A stretch of 64,000 bases of DNA, taken from Oceanispirochaeta sp. (GTDB lineage: Bacteria > Spirochaetota > Spirochaetia > DSM-2461). The notes under the pieces are model-generated. The model was not told the DNA's origin. It saw nothing but the letters and a program-made list of their open reading frames with translations, and ran no database searches. A program made the translations under genes and the position numbers. The stretch is from positions 928,001 through 992,000 of the forward strand of contig CAXXXD010000003.1 of the NCBI GenBank assembly GCA_963663385.2. The letters are read 5' to 3'. Shown here piece by piece: positions 17,089-26,298 of this stretch (the stretch's first letter is position 1; each line of letters starts with the position of its first letter).

Positions 17089-19074
17089 ATGGAAAAATTT
17101 AAAGTTGTATCCCCCTTTGAACCCTCTGGAGATCAGGGACAGGCCATAGACAAAATTTCCAAAGCCCTTCTGGGCGGGGAAACGGCCGTAACCCTGAAGG
17201 GGGTAACGGGCTCGGGTAAAACCTACACTATGGCGAAGATTGTTGAAAAGGTACAGAAACCGACCCTGATTATCTCCCATAATAAAACCCTGGCAGCTCA
17301 GCTCTATCGGGAATTTCAGGATTTCTTTCCCCATAATGCGGTTGAGTATTTTGTTTCCTACTATGATTACTATCAGCCGGAAGCCTATGTTCCTGCCCGG
17401 GATCTGTATATTGAGAAGGATTCCTCCATCAATGATGAGATCGACAGGATGAGACTTTCCGCCACCATGAGCCTTATGGAACGGCAGGATGTTCTTATTG
17501 TTTCCACAGTTTCCTGTATATACGGTCTGGGGAATCCTTCGTCTTATAAAGATATGAGAGTACAGCTCCTTGTCGGGAGGGAATACAACAGGGACGAAGT
17601 GATCAGAAACCTTATATCCCTTCAGTATGAACGGAACGATATGGTATTGGAGCGGGGAAAATTCCGTGTGCGCGGGGATGTAATGGAGATCTATCCCGCC
17701 TACCTGAAGGAGGCCTATCGGATCAGTTTTGACTGGGGCGAGATCGAATCGGTCCGCCGTTTTAATCCTGTTTCCGGTGATATCCTTCAGGATCTTCCCA
17801 TGTGTACCATATACCCGGCCAAGCACTTTGTTATGCCAGAGGACAGGATTCACAGTACCCTGAACCAGATCCGGGAGGAGATGGTTCAGCAGGTGGACTT
17901 CTTTGAAAGCCGGGGACAGATTGTAGAGGCCCAGCGTCTGAAAACCAGAACGGAATACGATCTGGAGATGATGGAGGAGATGGGGTACTGTTCGGGTATT
18001 GAGAATTATTCCCGTCATCTGGCCGGGCGGGAAGCCGGAGAGCGGCCCGAGGTTTTACTGGATTATTTCCCCGATGATTTTCTTACCTTTGTGGATGAGT
18101 CCCATGTAACCCTTTCCCAGATACGGGCCATGTATGAAGGAGACCGTTCCCGAAAGACAAATCTGGTCAATTTCGGTTTCCGGCTTCCATCCGCTCTGGA
18201 TAACCGTCCCCTGGTTTACAGTGAGTTTGAAAAACTGAAAAATCAGGTCCTTTATGTATCTGCGACACCGGGTAAGGAGGAGATGGAGAAATCCTCTCTG
18301 GTGGCGGAACAGATCATCCGGCCGACAGGACTTCTGGATCCCGAAGTTGATGTCCGGTCCACCAGCGGGCAGATGGAAGATCTGTACGGTGAAATCCGTA
18401 ATCGTATCGACCTGAAGGAGCGTGTCCTTATAACAACTCTGACCAAAAGGATGGCCGAAGACCTGACAGACTATCTGTCCGAACTGGGTCTAAAGGTCCG
18501 ATATCTTCATTCGGAGATAGAAACAATAGAGAGGGTCGAAATTATACGGGACCTCAGGCTGGGAGAGTTTGATGTCCTGGTAGGGATAAATCTGCTCAGG
18601 GAAGGTCTGGATATACCGGAGGTTTCCCTGATAGCCATTATGGATGCCGATAAAATAGGATTCCTCCGTTCCGAAACATCTCTTATTCAGATCATTGGCA
18701 GGGCTGCCAGAAATGCCAATGGAAAAGTTATAATGTATGCGGATAGGGAATCCCATGCCATGACCGCTGCTATCAGGGAAACAGAACGGCGCCGCAGGAT
18801 TCAACAGGCCTACAACGAAGAACACGGCATTACCCCCGAAACAGTCCGGAAAGCTGTACACGACCTTCTTGTTCGTAAAGTGGAAAAGAAGAAGGGGGCC
18901 GAGCGGATGACTATTGATGTGATGAAGGAAAATGTGAATCTGCTTGATCCTGTTCAGAAGAAGAAGCTGATAAAGGCTCTCGAGAAGGAGATGCTTGAAA
19001 AGGCCAGGAATATGGAATTCGAAGAGGCGGCTGTGCTGCGTGATGAAATTCAAGATCTGAAGGGGGAGTCCTGA
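17089..19074 (+). CDS. uvrB: Excinuclease ABC subunit B
   Basis: GVTGSGKT, YYDYYQPEAY, DESH, GINLLREGLD and a C-terminal UVR domain. Confidence 0.98.
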   Translation: MEKFKVVSPFEPSGDQGQAIDKISKALLGGETAVTLKGVTGSGKTYTMAKIVEKVQKPTLIISHNKTLAAQLYREFQDFFPHNAVEYFVSYYDYYQPEAYVPARDLYIEKDSSINDEIDRMRLSATMSLMERQDVLIVSTVSCIYGLGNPSSYKDMRVQLLVGREYNRDEVIRNLISLQYERNDMVLERGKFRVRGDVMEIYPAYLKEAYRISFDWGEIESVRRFNPVSGDILQDLPMCTIYPAKHFVMPEDRIHSTLNQIREEMVQQVDFFESRGQIVEAQRLKTRTEYDLEMMEEMGYCSGIENYSRHLAGREAGERPEVLLDYFPDDFLTFVDESHVTLSQIRAMYEGDRSRKTNLVNFGFRLPSALDNRPLVYSEFEKLKNQVLYVSATPGKEEMEKSSLVAEQIIRPTGLLDPEVDVRSTSGQMEDLYGEIRNRIDLKERVLITTLTKRMAEDLTDYLSELGLKVRYLHSEIETIERVEIIRDLRLGEFDVLVGINLLREGLDIPEVSLIAIMDADKIGFLRSETSLIQIIGRAARNANGKVIMYADRESHAMTAAIRETERRRRIQQAYNEEHGITPETVRKAVHDLLVRKVEKKKGAERMTIDVMKENVNLLDPVQKKKLIKALEKEMLEKARNMEFEEAAVLRDEIQDLKGES

Positions 19075-19481
19075 TGGATCCCGGTTTTTCCCGCCCCCTG
19101 TTAATGTTCTCACTCTGCCTCATCCTTATCTCTGTCTCCTGCAGGAAGGAGGAGGTTGCCTGGGAACTGGAAATCCCCTCAACGCCCATTCTTACGGGGA
19201 CTGTCGGGTGGGGAGTCGTCAATACGGCCTATCTGAAGATTAATAAAGACCCCGATGATGATCAGTTTGTTGTTACAACCCTCCGGGAAGGGGATATTGT
19301 CCGGATAGAATCGGTCCATTACCTGAAGGAAGAGCGGGGCAGGAATGTCACGGTCTGGTATGAAATAAAATGGGATGACCTGACCGGTTGGGTAAAGGAT
19401 ACCTATCTGGATCCCTATGATACAAGAGAAAAGGCCCAAACCGGTGCCGGAATGCTCCTTGATGCCCCACCGGCAGAGTAG
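19074..19481 (+). CDS. Putative lipoprotein with SH3b-like domain
   Basis: Lipobox-like LISVSC and an SH3b-like pattern WYEI...GWV. Confidence 0.65.
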   Translation: MDPGFSRPLLMFSLCLILISVSCRKEEVAWELEIPSTPILTGTVGWGVVNTAYLKINKDPDDDQFVVTTLREGDIVRIESVHYLKEERGRNVTVWYEIKWDDLTGWVKDTYLDPYDTREKAQTGAGMLLDAPPAE

Positions 19482-19522
19482 AGCCCTTTTCTTCTGTTCC
19501 CTAGCTGTGTTAAATTGTAAGC

Positions 19523-20209
19523 ATGAGTATTAAGGATAATCTTGCCAGGGTAAGGGATTCACTGAATGAAGCGGCTGTTAAGTCCGGTCGGAAGGCAGAT
19601 GACATTGCTTTAATGGCGGTGAGTAAAACCAAACCTCTGGAGTTGATAGAAGAGGCTTATGAGGCGGGGCAGCGCCTTTTCGGTGAAAACAGGGTTCTGG
19701 AAGCAAAAGAGAAATTTGCTTTTCTGCCGGATGATGTCCGCCTGGAAATGATCGGACATCTACAGACCAATAAACTAAACCCGGCTGTGGATGTTTTTGA
19801 CTGTATTCAGACTGTGGACTCCATCAGGCTGGCGGAAAAACTGGAAGCCCGGTGCTGTCTCAGGGACAGGAGTATTGATATCCTGTTACAGCTTAAGACT
19901 TCTGATGAAATGAGTAAAACCGGACTGGATTCCTTTGATCTTCTGCAGAACGCAGCTGAAGCTATTCTGGGGATGTCCAGGCTGCGGATTACAGGTCTGA
20001 TGACTATTGCCCCTTTTACAGATAATGAGCTGATTGTCAGAAAAGCGTTCTCAGACTGCCGGGAGGCTAAAGAACGTTTGTGTCTCCGGTTTCCGGAACT
20101 CGAAATGCCTGTTCTTTCCATGGGGATGTCTTCGGATTATGAATGGGCGATTCAGGAAGGTTCCACTCAGGTCAGAATAGGAAGCGCCATTTTCGGAGTA
20201 CGTTCTTGA
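19523..20209 (+). CDS. yggS: PLP homeostasis protein YggS/PLPBP
   Basis: AVSKTK, FGENRV, IGHLQTNK, GLMT, LSMGMS and VRIGSAIFG motifs. Confidence 0.95.
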   Translation: MSIKDNLARVRDSLNEAAVKSGRKADDIALMAVSKTKPLELIEEAYEAGQRLFGENRVLEAKEKFAFLPDDVRLEMIGHLQTNKLNPAVDVFDCIQTVDSIRLAEKLEARCCLRDRSIDILLQLKTSDEMSKTGLDSFDLLQNAAEAILGMSRLRITGLMTIAPFTDNELIVRKAFSDCREAKERLCLRFPELEMPVLSMGMSSDYEWAIQEGSTQVRIGSAIFGVRS

Positions 20210-20619
20210 AGTGGTGGCCGCTGTTTATTCTTCTGTTTCTGCAATGGGGCGGAATAGTCTGTCTGGGAGCGGAAGAGTTTAACGGACCTGTAACAGAACC
20301 CTTACCTTATGAGGAGATAGAGTTCCCCGAGTGGGCTCATGATATGAGACGTTTCGAGGTGATTTTTTTCGGATCGGTACCCCTGAGCTATATTGTAACC
20401 AATCTGGTCTATGATCTTTCCATTTATGCCTCTCATGATTTTAAAACCGAGTACAGGATGGGAACGGCCAGGGATCAGGATGATATCGAGTTTATGCTGA
20501 TTACGTCAGTTTCGGTTTCGGCTGGAATTGCCGTACTGGATTATATTATCGGACAAGTAAAGGATAGATGGGGGACGGATAGGAAAATCCGGGATACCCC
20601 TGAGAGTGGAAAACAGTAA
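20206..20619 (+). CDS. Hypothetical membrane protein
   Basis: TTG start overlaps the yggS stop. Signal peptide plus hydrophobic segments, and its stop overlaps the next ATG. Confidence 0.65.
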   Translation: MKWWPLFILLFLQWGGIVCLGAEEFNGPVTEPLPYEEIEFPEWAHDMRRFEVIFFGSVPLSYIVTNLVYDLSIYASHDFKTEYRMGTARDQDDIEFMLITSVSVSAGIAVLDYIIGQVKDRWGTDRKIRDTPESGKQ

Positions 20620-21536
20620 TGGAAAAAGAGATTAAAGTAGAACTGCCCGAAGGGGAAGCTGTTCGGGCGGACAGATATATTTCGGGAATAGGCATTATGA
20701 GCCGCAGTCAGTTTGAGTTGTGCAAGTTAAAGGTCGAGCTGAATGGCAGAGAGATTAAGGTTTCCAGGAAAATCAGGAATCATGATGTTTTAAAACTCTC
20801 ATGGGAGCCGCAGGAGGAACCGGAGTACGGACCCGAAGAAATGGACCTGGATATCCTGTTTGAAAATGAACAGGTTATTGTCCTGAATAAACCCCAGGGG
20901 GTAGTTGTCCATCCGGCTTGCGGAAACTATCACGGCACACTTGTTCAGGGCCTTCTGTATTATAACAAAACCCTGGCCGGTTCTTTTGGAGAAGAGAGTA
21001 TTCGGCCTGGTATCGTTCACCGCCTGGACAAGGATACTTCCGGTATTATAATAACCGCAAAGGATGCTTCTTCTCTGGAATGCCTCTCTGCCCAGTTCCG
21101 GGACAGAACAACAGAGAAGTACTATATTGCTCTGGTAAAAGGGCGGATGCCTGCCCGTCGGGGGGATATCGATACATTTATTACCAGGGATGAAAAAAAC
21201 AGAAAAAAGTTTACCGTACATGAATCAAAAGGAAAACACGCTATAACCCGTTACGAAGTAATAAAAGCCTGGGACAATTATACGCTGCTCCGTTTAAAGC
21301 TGGAAACAGGAAGAACTCACCAGTTAAGGGTTCATCTCCAGTCTCTAGGCTGTCCCATCCTTGGCGATCCCATCTATTCCAGAAAGGATAATCGCTACCC
21401 GGATACCGGGTTGATGCTTCATTCATGGAAGCTGAAAATCCAGCTGCCGGGAGAGGAGGAACAGAGGGAATTCACCGCACCTCTTCCCGATCGTTTCTCA
21501 AGGATGGAAGAACTTCTGGATGAGGAAACTACCTGA
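20619..21536 (+). CDS. rluD: RluA/RluD family 23S rRNA pseudouridine synthase
   Basis: NKPQG.VVHP, HRLDKDTSG, TGRTHQLRVH and GDPIY motifs, with an S4-like N-terminus. Confidence 0.9.
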   Translation: MEKEIKVELPEGEAVRADRYISGIGIMSRSQFELCKLKVELNGREIKVSRKIRNHDVLKLSWEPQEEPEYGPEEMDLDILFENEQVIVLNKPQGVVVHPACGNYHGTLVQGLLYYNKTLAGSFGEESIRPGIVHRLDKDTSGIIITAKDASSLECLSAQFRDRTTEKYYIALVKGRMPARRGDIDTFITRDEKNRKKFTVHESKGKHAITRYEVIKAWDNYTLLRLKLETGRTHQLRVHLQSLGCPILGDPIYSRKDNRYPDTGLMLHSWKLKIQLPGEEEQREFTAPLPDRFSRMEELLDEETT

Positions 21537-21547
21537 GAAGATCCTGC

Positions 21548-22129
21548 TTAGTCTTCCTGCTCCTCATACTCCTCTTTCATCCTGTTGTAGATGTTTTTTT
21601 CAGCCCGGATGGTAGAGGGAGGACCATGGCCGGGAAGGAGGATTCCGTGTCCTTCCCGGATAAACAGTTTATTCTCCAGTTCATCCCTTAAAAGAGCTCT
21701 CGTGTAGCGGTCGGGAGTCGTTCCCGTTCTTCCGGCGGAAAGTACGTCCCCGGTAAAGTAAAAATGACCGTATTTATAGACAAGGGAATCAAAAGAATGA
21801 CCGCTTATGGACAGTACTTCGATATTCTGGTCGCCCAGTTTCAAAATACCCTCATCCACAGGAGTGCAGGGGGTTCCCTCCAGATCGTCGATTTTTGAAT
21901 AGATCTTTGCATCGTATATTTTAAGTATTGTTTTAATGCCCCTGAAATGGTTGGGGTGGGCATGTGTAATCAAAACATGACGGATATAATAGTTATTATC
22001 CTCAATCAGTCCCAGAAGACGGACATCCATGGACCCCGGATCAACGAGGATGGCATCTCCCCCCTCGTCCGGTCCTATAAGATAGGTATTGCTGAATCCG
22101 ACAGCGGTAAAGTGATTAAACAGTTTCAT
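21548..22129 (-). CDS. MBL-fold metallo-hydrolase (glyoxalase II-like)
   Basis: LVDPG, THAHPNH, GHS, FTGD and PGHG motifs. Confidence 0.85.
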   Translation of the reverse strand: MKLFNHFTAVGFSNTYLIGPDEGGDAILVDPGSMDVRLLGLIEDNNYYIRHVLITHAHPNHFRGIKTILKIYDAKIYSKIDDLEGTPCTPVDEGILKLGDQNIEVLSISGHSFDSLVYKYGHFYFTGDVLSAGRTGTTPDRYTRALLRDELENKLFIREGHGILLPGHGPPSTIRAEKNIYNRMKEEYEEQED

Positions 22130-22716
22130 GGCAGCTCTTCCGTATCAAAATAGGCTTCCTCGGTATTGGAGTATTTAAAATTGATGCCGCTCCGCCTCGA
22201 TCCTGAAAAATCCACTCTTTTCAGGTTGCAGTCCATCATTTTTATATTTTTCAGGGAAGCCGCTATAAAGCGGGAATAGTAGAGGTCTGACTCGCTGAAA
22301 TCGTTGTTGACGGCATGAATATTATTCCAGTTGACCGCAATCAGGTCGGATCCCTGCCAATCCACATTGGTTATTACAGATTCGGTAAAGACACAGTGTT
22401 TTATATTGGTCCTTTTGAATGAGGTATCGATGATTACAGATTCATCAAAGAAACACATCTGAAAAACCGAATCATCAAACCGGCAGTTAATCCACTGGGT
22501 GTGATGAAAATAGCAGTCCAAAAAGTGCTTGTTGCATAAATCCAGGTCCTTGAACACAAGCCCGGGAGCCTTTATATCGCATATAACCTCTTTCTCCGTC
22601 ATCAGCCTGCTGAAATGCTTAACGCTATCCCAGTTCTGATGCTCTTCGCATAGTCTGTAACCGGTGGAAACTTTATTTGTGCAGTCCGGGTGGGAACAGT
22701 AATCCAAATCAAACAT
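22126..22716 (-). CDS. Pentapeptide-repeat protein with N-terminal Cys/His motif
   Basis: Five-residue periodicity (NDFSE SDLYY SRFIA ASLKN ... CNLKR VDFSG) and an N-terminal C-x4-C-x10-C-x2-H. Confidence 0.8.
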   Translation of the reverse strand: MFDLDYCSHPDCTNKVSTGYRLCEEHQNWDSVKHFSRLMTEKEVICDIKAPGLVFKDLDLCNKHFLDCYFHHTQWINCRFDDSVFQMCFFDESVIIDTSFKRTNIKHCVFTESVITNVDWQGSDLIAVNWNNIHAVNNDFSESDLYYSRFIAASLKNIKMMDCNLKRVDFSGSRRSGINFKYSNTEEAYFDTEELP

Positions 22717-22769
22717 ATATATAATTTAAATTTATTGCCTTTTTTTTTACAAGGGGTTAAGATCCGTTT
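22717..22769. promoter_or_regulatory. Overlapping divergent sigma70 promoters, both probably leaderless
   Basis: Plus strand: TTGCCT (22735)-17 nt-TAAGAT (22758)-6 nt-ATG. Minus strand: TTGTAA (22752)-18 nt-TAAATT-6 nt-ATG. No well-spaced SD on either side. Confidence 0.6.
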
Positions 22770-23045
22770 ATGTGTAATTGTTATTTCTGCGGCAATTCCT
22801 TTGATGAAAAAATCTATAAAACAACACTTTGTCCCTCCTGCGGAAAGGAGCTGAAAATCTGCATGAACTGCCTTCATTACGATTCTTCCGCCTATCATGA
22901 GTGCCGGGAATCCCAGGCCGAGTATGTTCAGGATAAACTTCGGGCGAATTTCTGTGATTACTTTATGCCGGGGGAAAAGCGTTCAAACGGGTCTACCGAT
23001 AAAGAACAGGAAGCCCGGAGCAAGTTTGAGGATCTTTTCTCCTGA
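22770..23045 (+). CDS. Small Cys-rich putative zinc-binding protein
   Basis: Three CxxC motifs plus further Cys residues (HEC, NFCDYF). Translationally coupled to murI. Confidence 0.75.
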   Translation: MCNCYFCGNSFDEKIYKTTLCPSCGKELKICMNCLHYDSSAYHECRESQAEYVQDKLRANFCDYFMPGEKRSNGSTDKEQEARSKFEDLFS

Positions 23046-23866
23046 TGCTCATCAGCCGAAATCTTGTCTTTATGGATTCCGGAATCGGAGGAATCCCCTA
23101 TCTCAGGTGGGTCCGTGAAAAACGCCCCGGCTGGCAGTATTATTACGTGGCGGACAACAAATTCTTTCCCTATGGAGGCCGCAGCGCCGAGGAACTGAAA
23201 AACCGGCTCTGCGATCTGACGGAGCTGATGATACGGGAATACTCTCCCGATATAATAATACTGGCATGTAACACCGCGTCCGTAACCGCCCTTTCTCATC
23301 TTCGTTCCCGTTTCAGTCTGCCCTTTGTGGGTGTGGTTCCCGCTGTCAAACCCGCCGCCCAGGATGAAGGGACCGGACGGATAGGCGTGCTGGCAACGAA
23401 GGGGACTGTTGAGGGTGAGTACCTGAAAGAGCTGATCAGGAAATTTGTTCCCGATTCGGAAACAGTGGATTGTATTGCCGCCCCTGATCTGGTTGATTTT
23501 GTGGAAAACAGACTTTCCGGAGCGGAAAGCGACGAAGTAAGGCGGATCGTCCTTCCCTATCTCAGGGAGGCGGAGAAAAGGAAGTGGACACACATGGTTC
23601 TTGGCTGTACCCACTATATTTTTCTGAAGCCCTGGCTTGAACAATGGAAATCCGACTCTCTTTCTGTAATAGATTCCACCGAAGGAGTCGGAAGGCGGAT
23701 TCTCAGTCTGCTTGACCGGAAGGGAGAGACCCCCGGAAACAGACCGGAGGGGACGGATAATGCTATCTTTCATATTACTGATGGTTCCCGGCCTTTCTCC
23801 CTGTACAGGAATCTGGCAGAATCTGAAGGGATGAATTTTAAAATACTACAGGCGGATCAATTATGA
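23045..23866 (+). CDS. murI: Glutamate racemase
   Basis: DSGIGG, PYG, ACNTAS and LGCTHY motifs. Confidence 0.95.
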   Translation: MLISRNLVFMDSGIGGIPYLRWVREKRPGWQYYYVADNKFFPYGGRSAEELKNRLCDLTELMIREYSPDIIILACNTASVTALSHLRSRFSLPFVGVVPAVKPAAQDEGTGRIGVLATKGTVEGEYLKELIRKFVPDSETVDCIAAPDLVDFVENRLSGAESDEVRRIVLPYLREAEKRKWTHMVLGCTHYIFLKPWLEQWKSDSLSVIDSTEGVGRRILSLLDRKGETPGNRPEGTDNAIFHITDGSRPFSLYRNLAESEGMNFKILQADQL

Positions 23867-24789
23867 AGGGTCTGGTTCTTTGGGGAATCAATAATATCTA
23901 TACCGTAAAATCCTTTAATGACGGATTAAACAGAGAGTGTCGGATCAAGGGAAAGAAGCTCAGTTCCAAAGAGCGTTTCTATAACCCGATTTCTCCCGGT
24001 GATTATGTAGAGGTGGAAGATATCCCCGATGAACCGGGCAAGGGTATCATTGTCGAGCGAGAAGAGAGAAGGAACTATTTTGCCCGTTATAATAAAAAAG
24101 GACGGGCTCTTCAGACCCTCGCCGTCAATATGGATTGTCTTTACTGCATTGTATCACCCGAGCTGCCGCCATTCAGGCCGCGTTTTATAGACAGGGCTCT
24201 TATTCTGGCAGAGAAGGGCAGACTGGATGTGGCAGTCATACTCAATAAATGTGATCAGAAAATCGAACCATCCGTACAGGGCCGGCTGGATTATTTTAAA
24301 AAAATGGGGGTTCCCATATATTATACCTCGGCGGAAACCGGAGAGGGAGTGGATGACTTTCTGAGGGAAATCAAAGGAAAAACTGTTGGTTTTGCCGGGC
24401 AGTCCGGGGTGGGAAAATCCACACTCCTGAACAGGCTGATACCGGATGCCGCCCAGAAAACGGCTGAAGTGTCCCGCAAGATGGCCAGAGGGAAGCATAC
24501 GACAAATTATGCCGTAATGATCCCTTTTGGAAATCAGGAGGGTTATATTATTGATACACCGGGAATCAGGGAGCTTCTTCTATGGGGAATCGACAGCTGT
24601 GATCTGGATCACTGGTTTACAGATTTTCAACCATATATCGGTCAATGTGGTTTTAATGGCTGTCATCATATCCATGAACCGGATTGTGCTGTAAAAGATG
24701 CTGTTAAAGAAGGGAAAATAAACGGTGACCGTTATGAGAGCTATGCCCGTATGTTTACGGAGATTCAGGAGAGTGAACGGCAGTTTTAA
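23863..24789 (+). CDS. rsgA: Ribosome small subunit-dependent GTPase A
   Basis: NKCD, GQSGVGKST, GKHTT, DTPG and the Zn site CGFNGCHHIHEPDC. Confidence 0.95.
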   Translation: MKGLVLWGINNIYTVKSFNDGLNRECRIKGKKLSSKERFYNPISPGDYVEVEDIPDEPGKGIIVEREERRNYFARYNKKGRALQTLAVNMDCLYCIVSPELPPFRPRFIDRALILAEKGRLDVAVILNKCDQKIEPSVQGRLDYFKKMGVPIYYTSAETGEGVDDFLREIKGKTVGFAGQSGVGKSTLLNRLIPDAAQKTAEVSRKMARGKHTTNYAVMIPFGNQEGYIIDTPGIRELLLWGIDSCDLDHWFTDFQPYIGQCGFNGCHHIHEPDCAVKDAVKEGKINGDRYESYARMFTEIQESERQF

Positions 24790-24849
24790 AATAAAAACGG
24801 CTTGTATTGATCTTATTTATGTGATAAAAGGAACGGAATAGGTTTGTTT

Positions 24850-25461
24850 ATGAATCTAAATGAACATTTTATTTTTATATTGATCGTTTTCGCCTTTTTT
24901 CTCAGCTCTTGTTTAACCGTTAATTCCGATTTGAGAATATCGGGACAGGGTCGTGGCAGCCTTGTCCTGGATTACCGGGTTTCCAAGAAGGCGGCGGGAA
25001 TCCAGAGGGATTCTACACCTGATGGACGCCTTATCCCCCTTCCTCTGAACCAGAATGAATTCCGCCAGAAAGCTGATGCGCTTTCAGGCTTGTCTATCAC
25101 TTCCTTAAGTTCTTCGGAAGATCCGAATTATATTTATATTGAATCAGTCATCTCCTTCGATACCCTTCAGGATCTCAGTTCCTTTCTGGGAATTCCAATG
25201 CGGATTATGCAGGAAGGGGATGTCACCCGTCTCAGTGTAACTCTGGCTGATCCGGAATATCCTGTCAGTCTCGAATCGCGGAATATTATTTCATCCGTAT
25301 TTGATGACGATACCCTGTCTCTAAGTCTGACAGTTGACGGGACTGTTACTTCCGTTAACAGAGGGCAGACGGGTCCAAATGGAAGGGGCGCTCTGTTTTC
25401 AGGTGATTTAGAGGATCTGTACGGGAGCAGCGGATTTATCTGGGAAGTGGAGTGGCAGTAA
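24850..25461 (+). CDS. Hypothetical lipoprotein
   Basis: Lipobox FFLSSC followed by a beta-rich sequence. Confidence 0.7.
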   Translation: MNLNEHFIFILIVFAFFLSSCLTVNSDLRISGQGRGSLVLDYRVSKKAAGIQRDSTPDGRLIPLPLNQNEFRQKADALSGLSITSLSSSEDPNYIYIESVISFDTLQDLSSFLGIPMRIMQEGDVTRLSVTLADPEYPVSLESRNIISSVFDDDTLSLSLTVDGTVTSVNRGQTGPNGRGALFSGDLEDLYGSSGFIWEVEWQ

Positions 25462-25462
25462 T

Positions 25463-25864
25463 ATGATAAAACATTATAAACTGCAGCAGTGGGATAATAA
25501 GCTTAAAAGTATTTGTGATGAGGTGGACGCCTGGCTGGAGAGTGAGTATGGAGATCTCTATCGATTAAGGCCCAATCGTCCGGAAAGAGGAGAGACTTTC
25601 AATCCCGAAATGGACGGACTGTTTAATATCCAGGCAGTTTTTACACCGGGCTATGGATCTGAAAAGGGGCGGGGATATATTATTGAGATAGAGTATTCCA
25701 CCCTGGAAACTGTAAGCCCCGAAGTTAAGAAAAATATCGATGATATTGTTATTTCCATGATCAGGAAGCGATTGGGTACAGAATTCCCCGGCAGAGAACT
25801 TGAAATAGGTATAGATAAGAATATGATTAAGATATGGGGCGATCTCAGTCTGGGAGCAATATGA
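25463..25864 (+). CDS. Hypothetical protein
   Basis: 133-aa ORF starting 1 nt after the upstream stop, with plausible composition. Confidence 0.7.
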   Translation: MIKHYKLQQWDNKLKSICDEVDAWLESEYGDLYRLRPNRPERGETFNPEMDGLFNIQAVFTPGYGSEKGRGYIIEIEYSTLETVSPEVKKNIDDIVISMIRKRLGTEFPGRELEIGIDKNMIKIWGDLSLGAI

Positions 25865-25929
25865 AAAAGTGACTTTCATTTTTTTTCCCTACAGTATACC
25901 TTATATGGTAATGGTTAAAGGAGGAGTTT

Positions 25930-26280
25930 GTGTCTGATAAAAGGAAGCTATTTCTGAAAATCCTGAAAGTGGAATTGGAAGAAGTGGAAAGCGAAATCGA
26001 TATACTAATCAAAGTGTATCAGTCTCGTTATGAAAAGCACGAAATTACACATTATGTTCAGCAGGAAAACGGCGCTCTTCTTGAACGGGAAATATCCTGT
26101 CTGAAAAAAATGGTTCCGGTGCTGGATACTTTTTCAACAGAAGAGTATCAGGATAATGAATCCTTCGTTTCCGGTTTAAAAGTCTTTCTGGAAAGTTTTG
26201 TAAAAGAGAATCAATTTCCTCATGCGGTTTTTCTTTTGGCGGAACACAAGTTGCAGAAAGTTGTAAAATATATCTTTTAA
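25930..26280 (+). CDS. Hypothetical helical protein at the head of the V-ATPase operon
   Basis: Strong SD GGAGGAG before GTG. Ends 18 nt before subunit E. Confidence 0.75.
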   Translation: MSDKRKLFLKILKVELEEVESEIDILIKVYQSRYEKHEITHYVQQENGALLEREISCLKKMVPVLDTFSTEEYQDNESFVSGLKVFLESFVKENQFPHAVFLLAEHKLQKVVKYIF

Positions 26281-26298
26281 GTAAGAGGGTAAAGTCGC

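Noticed and set aside
17077..18018. 313-aa minus-strand ORF
   Set aside because: Antisense shadow of uvrB with no recognisable motifs.
22958..23773. 271-aa minus-strand ORF
   Set aside because: Antisense shadow of murI.
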